Below, one piece after another: positions 1-8,200 of a stretch of DNA of 54,748 nucleotides. The notes under the pieces are model-generated. The model saw nothing but the letters and a program-made list of their open reading frames with translations. It was not told the origin of the DNA and ran no database searches. This stretch comes from Candidatus Harrisonbacteria bacterium (lineage in GTDB: Bacteria; Patescibacteriota; Minisyncoccia; UBA6257; UBA11618), in contig JAHFLN010000002.1 in NCBI GenBank assembly GCA_023244835.1, positions 1-54,748 on the forward strand, given 5' to 3'. Within the stretch, counting starts at the first letter, position 1, and each line of letters begins with the position of its first letter. A program made the translations under genes and the position numbers.

Positions 1-4
1 AAAA

Positions 5-36
5 GGCCATAGGCGATGCTCGCTCTATGGCCTTTT
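5..36 (-). terminator. Rho-independent terminator hairpin downstream of the KH-domain gene
   Basis: 8-bp stem ggccatag (5-12) / ctatggcc (25-32), flanked by aaaa (1-4) and tttt (33-36). On the minus strand the stem is followed by a T-run and begins about 17 nt after the stop at 50-52. Confidence 0.6.
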
Positions 37-49
37 AACGAGCCTTCTC

Positions 50-376
50 TTAAAAACTTTCTGCTTCGGTCTCTGTCTCGCCCCCGTGCATCGGCGCTTG
101 TTCCGGCGCGATGCCGCGGGTCGATCCTTCGGGCTCCTCGATCTTCAGGTTTACGCGGGCATTGTTCTTGATGCCCACTATCCGGAGGAGGGAGCGGATT
201 GACTTCGCGGTCGCTCCTTGGCGGCCGACGACGTGCCCCATATCCTTCTGATTAACCTTTAGCGAGAGAAGCACTCCCATCTCGTCGATCTTCCTGACTA
301 CCTGGACATCGTCCGGGTTGTCCACGATCGATTTGACGAGATATTCGAGGAATTCCTGGTCTGCGAATCGTTCCAT
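50..376 (-). CDS. KH-domain RNA-binding protein (YlqC/UPF0109-like)
   Basis: 108-aa ORF with the KH GxxG loop VGRQGATAKSIRSLL. It lies directly downstream of rpsP, a conserved neighbourhood. Confidence 0.85.
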   Translation of the reverse strand: MERFADQEFLEYLVKSIVDNPDDVQVVRKIDEMGVLLSLKVNQKDMGHVVGRQGATAKSIRSLLRIVGIKNNARVNLKIEEPEGSTRGIAPEQAPMHGGETETEAESF

Positions 377-429
377 TTCAGTGCTTATCGTATCATACGC
401 GACCTTTCCGTCCCATGGTACGGGTTTTT

Positions 430-672
430 CTATGCGGCGGTCAATACGCCCGCTTTTTTCAAGAGCACGGCGACCGTCGCGGTCGGGGCGGCTCCTACGC
501 CGATCCAGTGATTGATCCGGACCGCGTTGAACTGGGACTTCTTCGTGTGCGGATTGTACCAGCCGAGGTCTTCGAGCTGGCGGCCGTCGAGCTTTTGGCG
601 CTTTTCGCCCACGATCAGGCGGTACATCGCCTGATGCTTCTTTCCTATCCGTTGGAGCTTGATGGCTAACAT
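430..672 (-). CDS. rpsP: 30S ribosomal protein S16
   Basis: 80-aa ORF with a typical S16 N-terminus, MLAIKLQRIGKKHQAMYRLIVGEKR...GWYNP. ATG at 672-670. Confidence 0.95.
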   Translation of the reverse strand: MLAIKLQRIGKKHQAMYRLIVGEKRQKLDGRQLEDLGWYNPHTKKSQFNAVRINHWIGVGAAPTATVAVLLKKAGVLTAA

Positions 673-675
673 GTG

Positions 676-1377
676 CTATCGAGTATGCCCCATATCGCCT
701 ATTTTTTCAAGTGCTGTCTTGGCCGCTTCGGTTTCGGCTTCCTGCTTCGAGTAGCCTTCCCCTTCCGCGACGAATTCGTTGTCGAAATATACCGCTACCT
801 TGAATAGCTTCTTATGCTCGGGACCGTCTTCTTTCACGACGCGGTAGGTGGGGGTGAGCTTGCGCGTCGCCTGCGTCTTTTCCTGCAAGGCGCTCTTCGG
901 ATCGCGGTACGCGCCGCTTTTCATGATCTCGTGCAGGCCGTTCATCACGACGGCATTGATCACTCTCCGGCATTCCGCATATCCCCCATCCAGGTAGATC
1001 GCCCCGATGACAGCCTCGATCGCGTTCGCCACGATCACGTCGCGGGCGCGGCCCGTATCTTTCGCCTCGCCGCGCGAGAGGAGTACCGCGGCGCCGACGC
1101 CCGCGTCAGAGCCCGCCTTCGCCATGAATTGGTAATTCACGAGAGCCGCACGGAGCGCGGTGAGCCTTCCTTCGTCTTCATCGGGGAATCGCGCATAGAG
1201 TTCTTCGGTGACGACGAGCTCGAGCACCGCGTCACCTAGGAACTCGAGGCGTTCGTTGTGCGGGACGCCCCAGGAGGGGTTTTCATTGAGATACGAGCGG
1301 TGCGTCAAAGCCTCCTTCAAAAGAGCTTTATCCTTGAAAGAGTATCTCAGTGACGTTTCGAGCGTTGTAAGATTCAT
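676..1377 (-). CDS. rnc: Ribonuclease III
   Basis: RNase III signature ERLEFLGDAVLELVV and a C-terminal dsRBD (GPEHKKLFKVAVY...GEGYSKQEAETEAAKTAL). I prefer the start at MNLTTLE (ATG 1377-1375), which forms an ATGA overlap with the upstream mini-ORF stop. The longest ORF would start at 1401. Confidence 0.9.
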   Translation of the reverse strand: MNLTTLETSLRYSFKDKALLKEALTHRSYLNENPSWGVPHNERLEFLGDAVLELVVTEELYARFPDEDEGRLTALRAALVNYQFMAKAGSDAGVGAAVLLSRGEAKDTGRARDVIVANAIEAVIGAIYLDGGYAECRRVINAVVMNGLHEIMKSGAYRDPKSALQEKTQATRKLTPTYRVVKEDGPEHKKLFKVAVYFDNEFVAEGEGYSKQEAETEAAKTALEKIGDMGHTR

Positions 1378-1568
1378 ACAATTTTCTGTTCCGTTCCGCA
1401 CCAGGGGCAGTACCAGAGCTTTTTACGGGCCGGTGCGTCCCCTATCGTCCACCACTTCGCGCATTTCGCGCATGCGAAGTGCGCGAGCGATTCCTCGGAG
1501 CGCCTATTCGGCAGCGGCTTCTTCGACGGGTTTTTCTCCAGCCGTTTTTCCGGCATTGCTTGCCTCAA
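1374..1568 (-). CDS. Small zinc-ribbon-like protein (CxxC...CxxC), hypothetical
   Basis: 64-aa ORF with CAKC and CPWC motifs 19 residues apart and a basic N-terminus. Its stop overlaps the rnc ATG as ATGA. It overlaps the low-complexity 3' tail of nusB by 65 nt in another frame. Confidence 0.45.
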   Translation of the reverse strand: MRQAMPEKRLEKNPSKKPLPNRRSEESLAHFACAKCAKWWTIGDAPARKKLWYCPWCGTEQKIV

Positions 1569-1977
1569 GTTCCTTGAAAACGGTGCCGAGTACGCCGTTG
1601 ATGAATTTCCCGGAGTTCGGGCCGCCGTAGTTTTTCACGATCTCGATCGCCTCGTTGATGGCGACTTTCGGGGGCACTTCTTCGGGGTTCGCATAGAGGA
1701 GCTCGTAGAGGCCGATACGGAGCGCGTTGCGGTCTATGATCGCGATGCGCTCCAGGGGCCATTCGGGCGCGGCTTTCACGATGATGCCGTCTATGGTTTC
1801 CAAATGCTCCTTAACGCCATCCGCGATCTTCCGTGCGAATTCCGGTTCATCGATGCCCGGACCGAACTCGGCGAGATTGCGATCGATGATCGTGTCCAAG
1901 CTTTCCTTCTTGCCGAAAAAGTCCCATTCGTAGAGGGATTGGAGGACGATGGACCGTGCAAGGTGCCGTGTTGCCAT
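1504..1977 (-). CDS. nusB: Transcription antitermination factor NusB
   Basis: 157-aa ORF with the NusB-like N-terminus [17 protein letters not shown], plus ...[17 protein letters not shown]...[17 protein letters not shown]... Confidence 0.9.
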   Translation of the reverse strand: MATRHLARSIVLQSLYEWDFFGKKESLDTIIDRNLAEFGPGIDEPEFARKIADGVKEHLETIDGIIVKAAPEWPLERIAIIDRNALRIGLYELLYANPEEVPPKVAINEAIEIVKNYGGPNSGKFINGVLGTVFKELEASNAGKTAGEKPVEEAAAE

Positions 1978-1983
1978 GCGGTG

Positions 1984-2166
1984 CTAGGCCTTTTTAGCCG
2001 TGCGCGCTTTCTTCCTGTATGCGCCGCATTGCGCGCAGGTCTTGTGCGGCATGACGGGGCCTTTGCATTTGGGGCATGCGGCCATGTTCGTCTTTTTCAT
2101 AGCCAAGTGAGACCGCCTGCGGCCTACTTTTCCCTTGCTGTGATGCTTTACTGGTACGCCACCCAT
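1984..2166 (-). CDS. rpmF: 50S ribosomal protein L32 (C4 zinc form)
   Basis: MGGVPVKHHSKGKVGRRRSHLA... followed by CPKC...CAQCG. The start is trimmed to the ATG at 2166-2164, because the longer ORF prefix has no L32 similarity. Confidence 0.9.
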   Translation of the reverse strand: MGGVPVKHHSKGKVGRRRSHLAMKKTNMAACPKCKGPVMPHKTCAQCGAYRKKARTAKKA

Positions 2167-2171
2167 AGTCT

Positions 2172-2759
2172 TTACAGTATACGGAAGTTGCGGATGAAGG
2201 TCAATCGGTGGATATCGCACGGGCCGCATTTCTTCAATGCTTTGATATGCAGCGCGGTTCCGTATCCCTTATTTTTCTCCCATCCGTATTCCGGATAGTG
2301 TTGCGCCTGTTTCGTCATATATGCGTCCCGGGCGACTTTCGCGAGAATAGACGCCAGGGCGATCGCGGGTATCTTTTCGTCTCCTTTCACGACGTTTTTT
2401 TGAGCGATTCCTTGCGGGAGTCTGAGGCCGGCGTCGAGAAGAGTGGCTAGCGGGTAGTGTTTGGCGGACAGGGATGCAATGATTTTTCCATAGGCGCGAT
2501 TTGCGGCGCGATTTGCGGCTTGCGTTATATTTATCCTGTCTATCAGTTTCGGGCCGCATCGTGCGACGGCATATAGTATTTCCCGATTCTTCTTGATCCA
2601 TGCGCACCATGCCTTGCGCTGATGTGCCGTGAGCCGCTTCGAGTCGCGGAGCGGCAGGTCCGATTTCTTTAAATCCAGGCGGCTCGGAAGGGCGACTGCG
2701 GCGACGAATACCGGTCCTGCGAGCGGTCCACGGCCGACTTCGTCTATTCCGATCGTCAT
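2172..2759 (-). CDS. rnhB: Ribonuclease HII
   Basis: MTIGIDEVGRGPLAGPVFVAAV N-terminal motif, plus ...DSKRLT...ASILAKV.RD... The start is trimmed to the ATG at 2759-2757. The longer ORF would overlap dnaE head to head. Confidence 0.9.
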   Translation of the reverse strand: MTIGIDEVGRGPLAGPVFVAAVALPSRLDLKKSDLPLRDSKRLTAHQRKAWCAWIKKNREILYAVARCGPKLIDRINITQAANRAANRAYGKIIASLSAKHYPLATLLDAGLRLPQGIAQKNVVKGDEKIPAIALASILAKVARDAYMTKQAQHYPEYGWEKNKGYGTALHIKALKKCGPCDIHRLTFIRNFRIL

Positions 2760-2777
2760 GATAGATTGGATTGTGTC

Positions 2778-5700
2778 ATGCCCGTGAAATTTGTCCATCT
2801 CCATACGCATAGCCACTATTCCCTCTTGGACGGCCTTGCGACGCCCAAGGCGCTCGTCGCTCGCGCGAAGGAGCTCGGCATGGAAGCCTTGGCGCTTACC
2901 GACCACGGCAATCTCTATGGCGCTATCGAGTTCTACAAGGCGGCGAAGGCTGCCGGCATTAAGCCTATTTTAGGTGTCGAAGCGTATGTCGCCCAGCGTA
3001 CGCGGTTCGACAAGGCGTCCGGCGCGGACGACCGGAGCTTTCATCTTACGCTCCTTGTCGAGAATCTCACGGGCTGGAAGAATCTCATCAAGCTCATAAG
3101 CCGAGCGAACCTCGAAGGGTTTTATTATAAGCCGCGCGTGGATCACGAGCTCTTGCGCGAGTATCATGAGGGATTAATCGCGCTTTCGGGCTGTTATTCA
3201 GGCGAGCTGATTCGCACGATCTTGAGGAAGGGCATGCCGGAAGCCGAGGAGGTCATCCGTACGTATCAGGGCATTTTCGGCCCGGATAATTATTTCATAG
3301 AGGTTTCGCATCACCCGCATTTCTCGCCCAAGGACCATGCGATCGTGCGGCCCGCGCTTATGGCGCTTGCCGCGAAGTTCCAGATTCCGATGGTCGCGAC
3401 GCAGGATATCCATTATCTGAAGAAGGAAGATGCGCCGTACCACGACATCCTGCTCGCGGTCGGCACGGGCAATAAGCTTTCTGACGAGAAGCGGATGACT
3501 CTGAAGGCCGATGATTTCTCGATGCGGAGCGAGGAGGAGATGGCCGCGTCATTCCCTGACCTGCCGGAGGCGATAGAGAATGCCGCTATGGTTGCCGCCC
3601 GGTGCTCGGTTGAGCTTACGCTTGGAAAGAATATCCTTCCCGCGTTTCCTCTGCCGAATGGCGAGACAGCCAATTCGTATGTGCGCCGGCTCGTTATGGA
3701 GCGTTTCGCCGGGCGGTATCCTGACGATTCTCCCGCGGCGCATGAGCGCGTTGAATACGAGCTGTCGGTCATCGATCGGACCGGATTCGCCGGCTATTTC
3801 CTCATCGTGCAGGACTTCATCAATTGGGCGAAGGATCGCGGCATTGTCGTAGGGCCCGGCCGCGGATCGGCCGCGGGGAGCATCGTGGCTTATATCTTAG
3901 GCATCACGAATGTCGATCCGTTGCCCTTCAACCTCCTTTTTGAGCGGTTCTTGAATCCTGACCGCATACAGATGCCTGATATCGATGTCGATATCGCCGA
4001 TGCCCGCCGGAGCGAGGTCTTGGGCTATCTCAAGGAAAAATACGGCGACGATCGCGTTGCGAACATCATAACCTTCGGGACTATGGCCGCGCGCGCCGCG
4101 GTACGCGACGTGGGCCGGGCGCTCGGTGCCGATTATGCTTTATGCGACAAGCTCGCGAAGCTCATTCCTTTCAAGGTCGGGCAGGAGCTTGCGACCGCGC
4201 TTGAGACGACCGACGAGTTACGTTCGTTCATCGCATCCGATCCCATGGCGAAGAAGATCATTGACGGCGCGATGCATTTGGAGGGCGTGGCGCGTCATGC
4301 TTCGGTGCACGCGTGCGGCACCGTGATCACGCCCGGGCCGCTCATGGACTACTTGCCGCTCCAATACGCGCCGCAAGACCCGACTGCGATCGTTACGCAG
4401 TTCGAGATGCATGCTGTCGAGGACCTCGGCATTCTGAAGATGGATATCTTAGGGCTCAAAAACCTCACGATTCTCGAAGAAACGATCCGGCTTATTCGTG
4501 AGTGCGGCAAGGGGGAGGTCGACGCGAACGATCTGCCGCAGGGCGACCAAAAGACTTACGCCATGCTTCAGGAGGGAGATACGACCGGGGTTTTCCAGTT
4601 CGAATCCGCGGGCATGCGGCGGTATATGAAAATGCTGAAGCCCACTCAGCTTGAGGATCTGGTTGCGCTCGTTGCCGCTTATCGCCCCGGGCCGATGGAG
4701 CTTATTCCCTCTTTTATCGACCGCAAGCATGGCAAGGAGGTCATTACCTATCTCCATCCGAAGCTCGAGCCGATTCTCCGTCCTACGTACGGCATCGGCA
4801 TATATCAGGAGCAGATGATGCAGATCGCCCGCGATCTCGCGGGCTATACGCTTGCCGAAGCCGACACGCTCCGTAAAGCGATCGGCAAAAAAATCCAGTC
4901 GCTCTTGGACGAGCAGCGTGAGAAAATCATTTCCGGCATGAAGGCGAACGGAATATCGCCTTCGGTCGCCCAGGCGATCTGGGACCTCTTTCCTCCGTTC
5001 GCGCGTTACGGTTTTAATAAGAGCCATGCCGTGTGCTATGCCGTGATCGGGTACCAGACGGCGTATTTGAAGGCGCATTATCCCGTCGAATTCATGACCG
5101 CGCTTCTGAATGCCGATGCGGGTGATACCGAGCGTATGGCATTTCTCGTGTCCGAATGCCAAAAAATGGGTATCAAGGTCCTGCCTCCCGACATAACGAA
5201 GAGCGGTATCAATTTCATGCCGGAGGGCCAGGATATCCGCTTCGGCCTTTTAGCTATAAAGAACGTGGGAAAAAATATCGTCGAGGCGATCATTGCCGAG
5301 CGGGACCTGCACGGGCCGTTCGCCGCGCTTTCCGACCTCCTGTATCGCGTGAATCATAAGGATCTGAACAAGAAGTCCCTCGAGAGCCTCACGAAGGCGG
5401 GCGCGCTCGATTCGCTCGGATTCGACCGGTCGGCGCTTCTCGGGAATATGGATGACATATTGAAATTCAGCACGCTCGTCAAGAAATCGAAGAATGAGGC
5501 GCAAGCCGGGCTTTTCGGCGGCACGGGTATTTCGGAAACCGCCTTGAAGCTGAAGCCTATGGATCCGATCCCGCACGAGGAGCAGCTGCAATGGGAAAAG
5601 GAACTGCTCGGCTTCTACATATCCGACCATCCCCTGTCCGCATATGCGGACAAGCTCGCGGCTATCAAGGCGCGGGCGATCAAGGACGTGCTTGAGGTGA

Positions 5701-5954
5701 AGGATGAGAAGGAGGAGCTTATCGTGGGCGGGCTTGTTTCGAAGGTGCAGTCGATCATCACGAAGACCGGGAAGCCCATGGCATTCGTGACTATCGAGGA
5801 TATGACACATACGCTCGAAGTCATCGTGTTTCCCAAGACGATCGAGAAGACGGGCGAGGCGTGGCAGGTCGGGGCCGTTGTGGGCGTCTTGGGCCATATG
5901 TCGTGGCGGGATAACGATCCGCGGTTCATCTGCGATAACGCGCGGATCCTATAA
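2778..5954 (+). CDS. dnaE: DNA polymerase III alpha subunit (short form ending at the OB fold)
   Basis: PHP motif FVHLHTHSHYSLLDG, polymerase core GPGRGSAAGSIVAYILGIT and FNKSHAVCYA, then a C-terminal OB fold. I prefer the ATG at 2778. The ORF track starts at a TTG at 2766. Confidence 0.95.
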   Translation: MPVKFVHLHTHSHYSLLDGLATPKALVARAKELGMEALALTDHGNLYGAIEFYKAAKAAGIKPILGVEAYVAQRTRFDKASGADDRSFHLTLLVENLTGWKNLIKLISRANLEGFYYKPRVDHELLREYHEGLIALSGCYSGELIRTILRKGMPEAEEVIRTYQGIFGPDNYFIEVSHHPHFSPKDHAIVRPALMALAAKFQIPMVATQDIHYLKKEDAPYHDILLAVGTGNKLSDEKRMTLKADDFSMRSEEEMAASFPDLPEAIENAAMVAARCSVELTLGKNILPAFPLPNGETANSYVRRLVMERFAGRYPDDSPAAHERVEYELSVIDRTGFAGYFLIVQDFINWAKDRGIVVGPGRGSAAGSIVAYILGITNVDPLPFNLLFERFLNPDRIQMPDIDVDIADARRSEVLGYLKEKYGDDRVANIITFGTMAARAAVRDVGRALGADYALCDKLAKLIPFKVGQELATALETTDELRSFIASDPMAKKIIDGAMHLEGVARHASVHACGTVITPGPLMDYLPLQYAPQDPTAIVTQFEMHAVEDLGILKMDILGLKNLTILEETIRLIRECGKGEVDANDLPQGDQKTYAMLQEGDTTGVFQFESAGMRRYMKMLKPTQLEDLVALVAAYRPGPMELIPSFIDRKHGKEVITYLHPKLEPILRPTYGIGIYQEQMMQIARDLAGYTLAEADTLRKAIGKKIQSLLDEQREKIISGMKANGISPSVAQAIWDLFPPFARYGFNKSHAVCYAVIGYQTAYLKAHYPVEFMTALLNADAGDTERMAFLVSECQKMGIKVLPPDITKSGINFMPEGQDIRFGLLAIKNVGKNIVEAIIAERDLHGPFAALSDLLYRVNHKDLNKKSLESLTKAGALDSLGFDRSALLGNMDDILKFSTLVKKSKNEAQAGLFGGTGISETALKLKPMDPIPHEEQLQWEKELLGFYISDHPLSAYADKLAAIKARAIKDVLEVKDEKEELIVGGLVSKVQSIITKTGKPMAFVTIEDMTHTLEVIVFPKTIEKTGEAWQVGAVVGVLGHMSWRDNDPRFICDNARIL

Positions 5955-6159
5955 CGCCGATGGAAATGCCTCTGAAGACGGTTCCGACTCATGGCGCGTC
6001 CTATTTGCTCTTTGCGTAAGACGACAGAAAAAATAAAACTCAACGCCGACGGCGTTCCGGCGGATTCAGACAGTTATTTTTTCTCGTCTTATGCTTCATC
6101 GCTCGGGACGCACAGTATTCGTCTTGGCATACCGTCTCTAGAGGCATTTTCATCGGCGT
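5954..6159. mobile_element. MITE-like palindromic element (206 bp, 28-bp terminal inverted repeats, TA on both flanks)
   Basis: Left end acgccgatggaaatgcctctgaagacgg (5954-5981) matches the reverse complement of the right end ccgtctctagaggcattttcatcggcgt (6132-6159) at 25 of 28 positions. A second internal arm pair is at 6014-6036 / 6074-6094, and a central hairpin aacgcc-gac-ggcgtt is at 6042-6056. TA lies at 5952-5953 and 6160-6161. No ORF is inside. Confidence 0.45.
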
Positions 6160-6216
6160 TATCTCCTTTAAGGGGATAAGAAGGAAAGAAAAGGACGTCG
6201 TAGCGACGTTCTTATA

Positions 6217-7209
6217 TTAATTCTTTAAATTCAAGCAATATTCTTCTTTCCCCTCTTTTATTGCTTTACATGTCGCCTCATCCCTACCAGAGTATATCGA
6301 GCAATCATTCTCTTGTTGGAATTTTTTAAGCCCTTCGCGAATTCTTTCGCGGTTGGCATAAAAATAACTGTTGTCTTCTCTCGGTCCGCTATATTTAGCC
6401 GTACCATATTTCTCTTCGGATGATTTTCTTAGGCTCGTTTCCCTAAATTGATAATAACATCTACAATATTCCACTTCTGATGCTATGAGGGAGCATGCTT
6501 CGGTATTTTGATATCGAGAGGCCCAATACCTGACGCATATGTCTTTTGTTATAGAATCCTCTCGGTTGTCTTCGCGGCATATTATATCGAAGCACGATGC
6601 TTGCTCTGTTCTATCTCCAGCATCATTGCATTTCATGATCGTTATCTCCTGATCATATTTAGGCGGGAATAATATTTTTTCCAATACAGTATTTGCAATA
6701 TATGCCCCCACTACGCAGAAAATTACTAGTAAAACCCGCGTTTTCGTGATTTGTCGAATGTTTCTCCTGTATTGATCTAATGAGGCGATGATAAAAGGGA
6801 TGCATAATATGACTACGATGATGTCAATGATAAGGAAATCGGATCTCATTATTGAAGTGAGTAGTCCTTTTTTGTATAGCGAGACGATGTATAGATTGCT
6901 TACGAGGATTGAAATTACCGATAGTATGATTCCAATAGCTAGCCATGGCTTCCCCACGATTTCAGGTGTCGAACCTTCATAATCGGAATTCCTTTTGCGC
7001 GTTATGAGGTGGCCGAATATGCATCCGAGTATGAAGCATACGAAGATGAATATCGGATTTATTGTGAGCGCGAACAACCCCTCAATAAGGGGATTATCAA
7101 GAAGATTATAGTTGTTATGCTCATAGTAGAGCGAAAAACCGATTACGATACCTGCGATATCTAGTGCAATAAATAAGATTCCAAATCCGAATATCCAGAG
7201 ATATTTCAT
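6217..7209 (-). CDS. Hypothetical polytopic membrane protein with a Cys-rich C-terminal domain
   Basis: 330-aa ORF. The N-terminal two thirds are hydrophobic helices, and the C-terminal ~130 aa hold about 12 Cys in a charged context (CNDAG...CFDIICRED...CVRYW...CSLIA...YCRCYY...CSIYSGRDEATCKAIKEGKEEYC). The gene is markedly AT-rich relative to its neighbours. Confidence 0.75.
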   Translation of the reverse strand: MKYLWIFGFGILFIALDIAGIVIGFSLYYEHNNYNLLDNPLIEGLFALTINPIFIFVCFILGCIFGHLITRKRNSDYEGSTPEIVGKPWLAIGIILSVISILVSNLYIVSLYKKGLLTSIMRSDFLIIDIIVVILCIPFIIASLDQYRRNIRQITKTRVLLVIFCVVGAYIANTVLEKILFPPKYDQEITIMKCNDAGDRTEQASCFDIICREDNREDSITKDICVRYWASRYQNTEACSLIASEVEYCRCYYQFRETSLRKSSEEKYGTAKYSGPREDNSYFYANRERIREGLKKFQQENDCSIYSGRDEATCKAIKEGKEEYCLNLKN

Positions 7210-7241
7210 GAGACTATCATAATAGTAATAATAACATGATT

Positions 7242-7282
7242 AAAAAACCCCGCTCGCTCCGGCATCGTGCCGGAGGGCGGGG
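7242..7282 (-). terminator. Rho-independent terminator of the GNAT gene
   Basis: Stem ccccgc..tccggca (7248-7264) / tgccgga..gcgggg (7268-7282), with six A (7242-7247) that give a T-run on the minus strand. It lies immediately after the stop at 7283-7285. Confidence 0.7.
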
Positions 7283-8059
7283 TCAGGTTCTATTTTCCGG
7301 GTACGGCCTGTAGATCTGCCACTGTTCATTCCCGTCGATGATGTGGAGCGTACCGATCTTCCAGGCGGGAGGAGGCGGGTACATCATCATATAGACCGCG
7401 TCGTCCGATCCTTCGATCGAGTTCAGGACCATCGCGGGGCATATGAACCCCATCTTTTTGAAGAAGAGGTGGGCGGGGAGATTGTCATCGCGAATCTTTA
7501 CCCTCATATTCATGGGCGTTTCTTCGCCGAATGCCTCCACGAGGCCGTTCCACAGGGCGGTTCCCACGCCGGTATAGTGATCCTCTCGCTTGACCGCGAT
7601 ATGGATCACCATTCCCTGTGAAGCGACTATGAATCCCACAATTTTCCCTTCGCGCAGGGCGACGAGGCCCAAGAGGCCAGACCCGGTTATGTGGTCCTTC
7701 AGCATCGTCTTGTCGAATGCCATGCTCGCCTGTCCCTCGCCTTCCATCACGTCCATGAGTTCCGAGAGATCTTCCCATGTCCATATGCGGATTTCCGGAA
7801 TTGGGCGATCTTCGCCCTTTCCCCGAGGCTTTTTTGGCTGAGGTTTGCATTCTGCATCTGCTGGATTTCTTCCTATTCTCTCAATTTCCGGTTTGGGCGG
7901 CTTGTTTTCCCGTATCGGCCCATCTTCTTCTACTTGTCCTACTTGCGGTTCGGGCGCTCTCCTCGTTCGTCGGTTTTTAGCCCGCTCAGGGAGCCTTATG
8001 GTACGGAACTTTTTCTGAAGCACGTACCACGCATACATGAGCATGTCATGCAGGTTCAT
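7283..8059 (-). CDS. GNAT-family N-acetyltransferase with a basic, Pro-rich N-terminal extension
   Basis: The C-terminal ~165 aa look like a GNAT fold (LVALREGKIVGFIV...IHIAVKREDHYTGVGTALWNGLVEAF...LPAHLFFKKMGF). The start is uncertain: ATG at 8059 (MNLHDML), 8182 or 8197. Everything upstream of 8197 overlaps thrS on the opposite strand. Confidence 0.7.
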   Translation of the reverse strand: MNLHDMLMYAWYVLQKKFRTIRLPERAKNRRTRRAPEPQVGQVEEDGPIRENKPPKPEIERIGRNPADAECKPQPKKPRGKGEDRPIPEIRIWTWEDLSELMDVMEGEGQASMAFDKTMLKDHITGSGLLGLVALREGKIVGFIVASQGMVIHIAVKREDHYTGVGTALWNGLVEAFGEETPMNMRVKIRDDNLPAHLFFKKMGFICPAMVLNSIEGSDDAVYMMMYPPPPAWKIGTLHIIDGNEQWQIYRPYPENRT

Positions 8060-8200
8060 AGCACGTCCTTTCCTTATATTTTTTCGATTTCCTTCCGCTT
8101 TCGGGCGGACCGGATTGCCGGCATGATCATACTCTTTTCCGCGCGTAATTGCCACATCGCCGTCTTTTCGGTATGCTCTCATGCATACTAGATACATACT

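Noticed and set aside
4449-5897. Long minus-strand ORFs inside dnaE (4449..5162, 237 aa; 5250..5897, 215 aa; 5615..6043, 142 aa)
   Set aside because: They are antisense to a DnaE sequence that is conserved throughout. Their products are Arg/Leu/His-rich with no recognisable motif.
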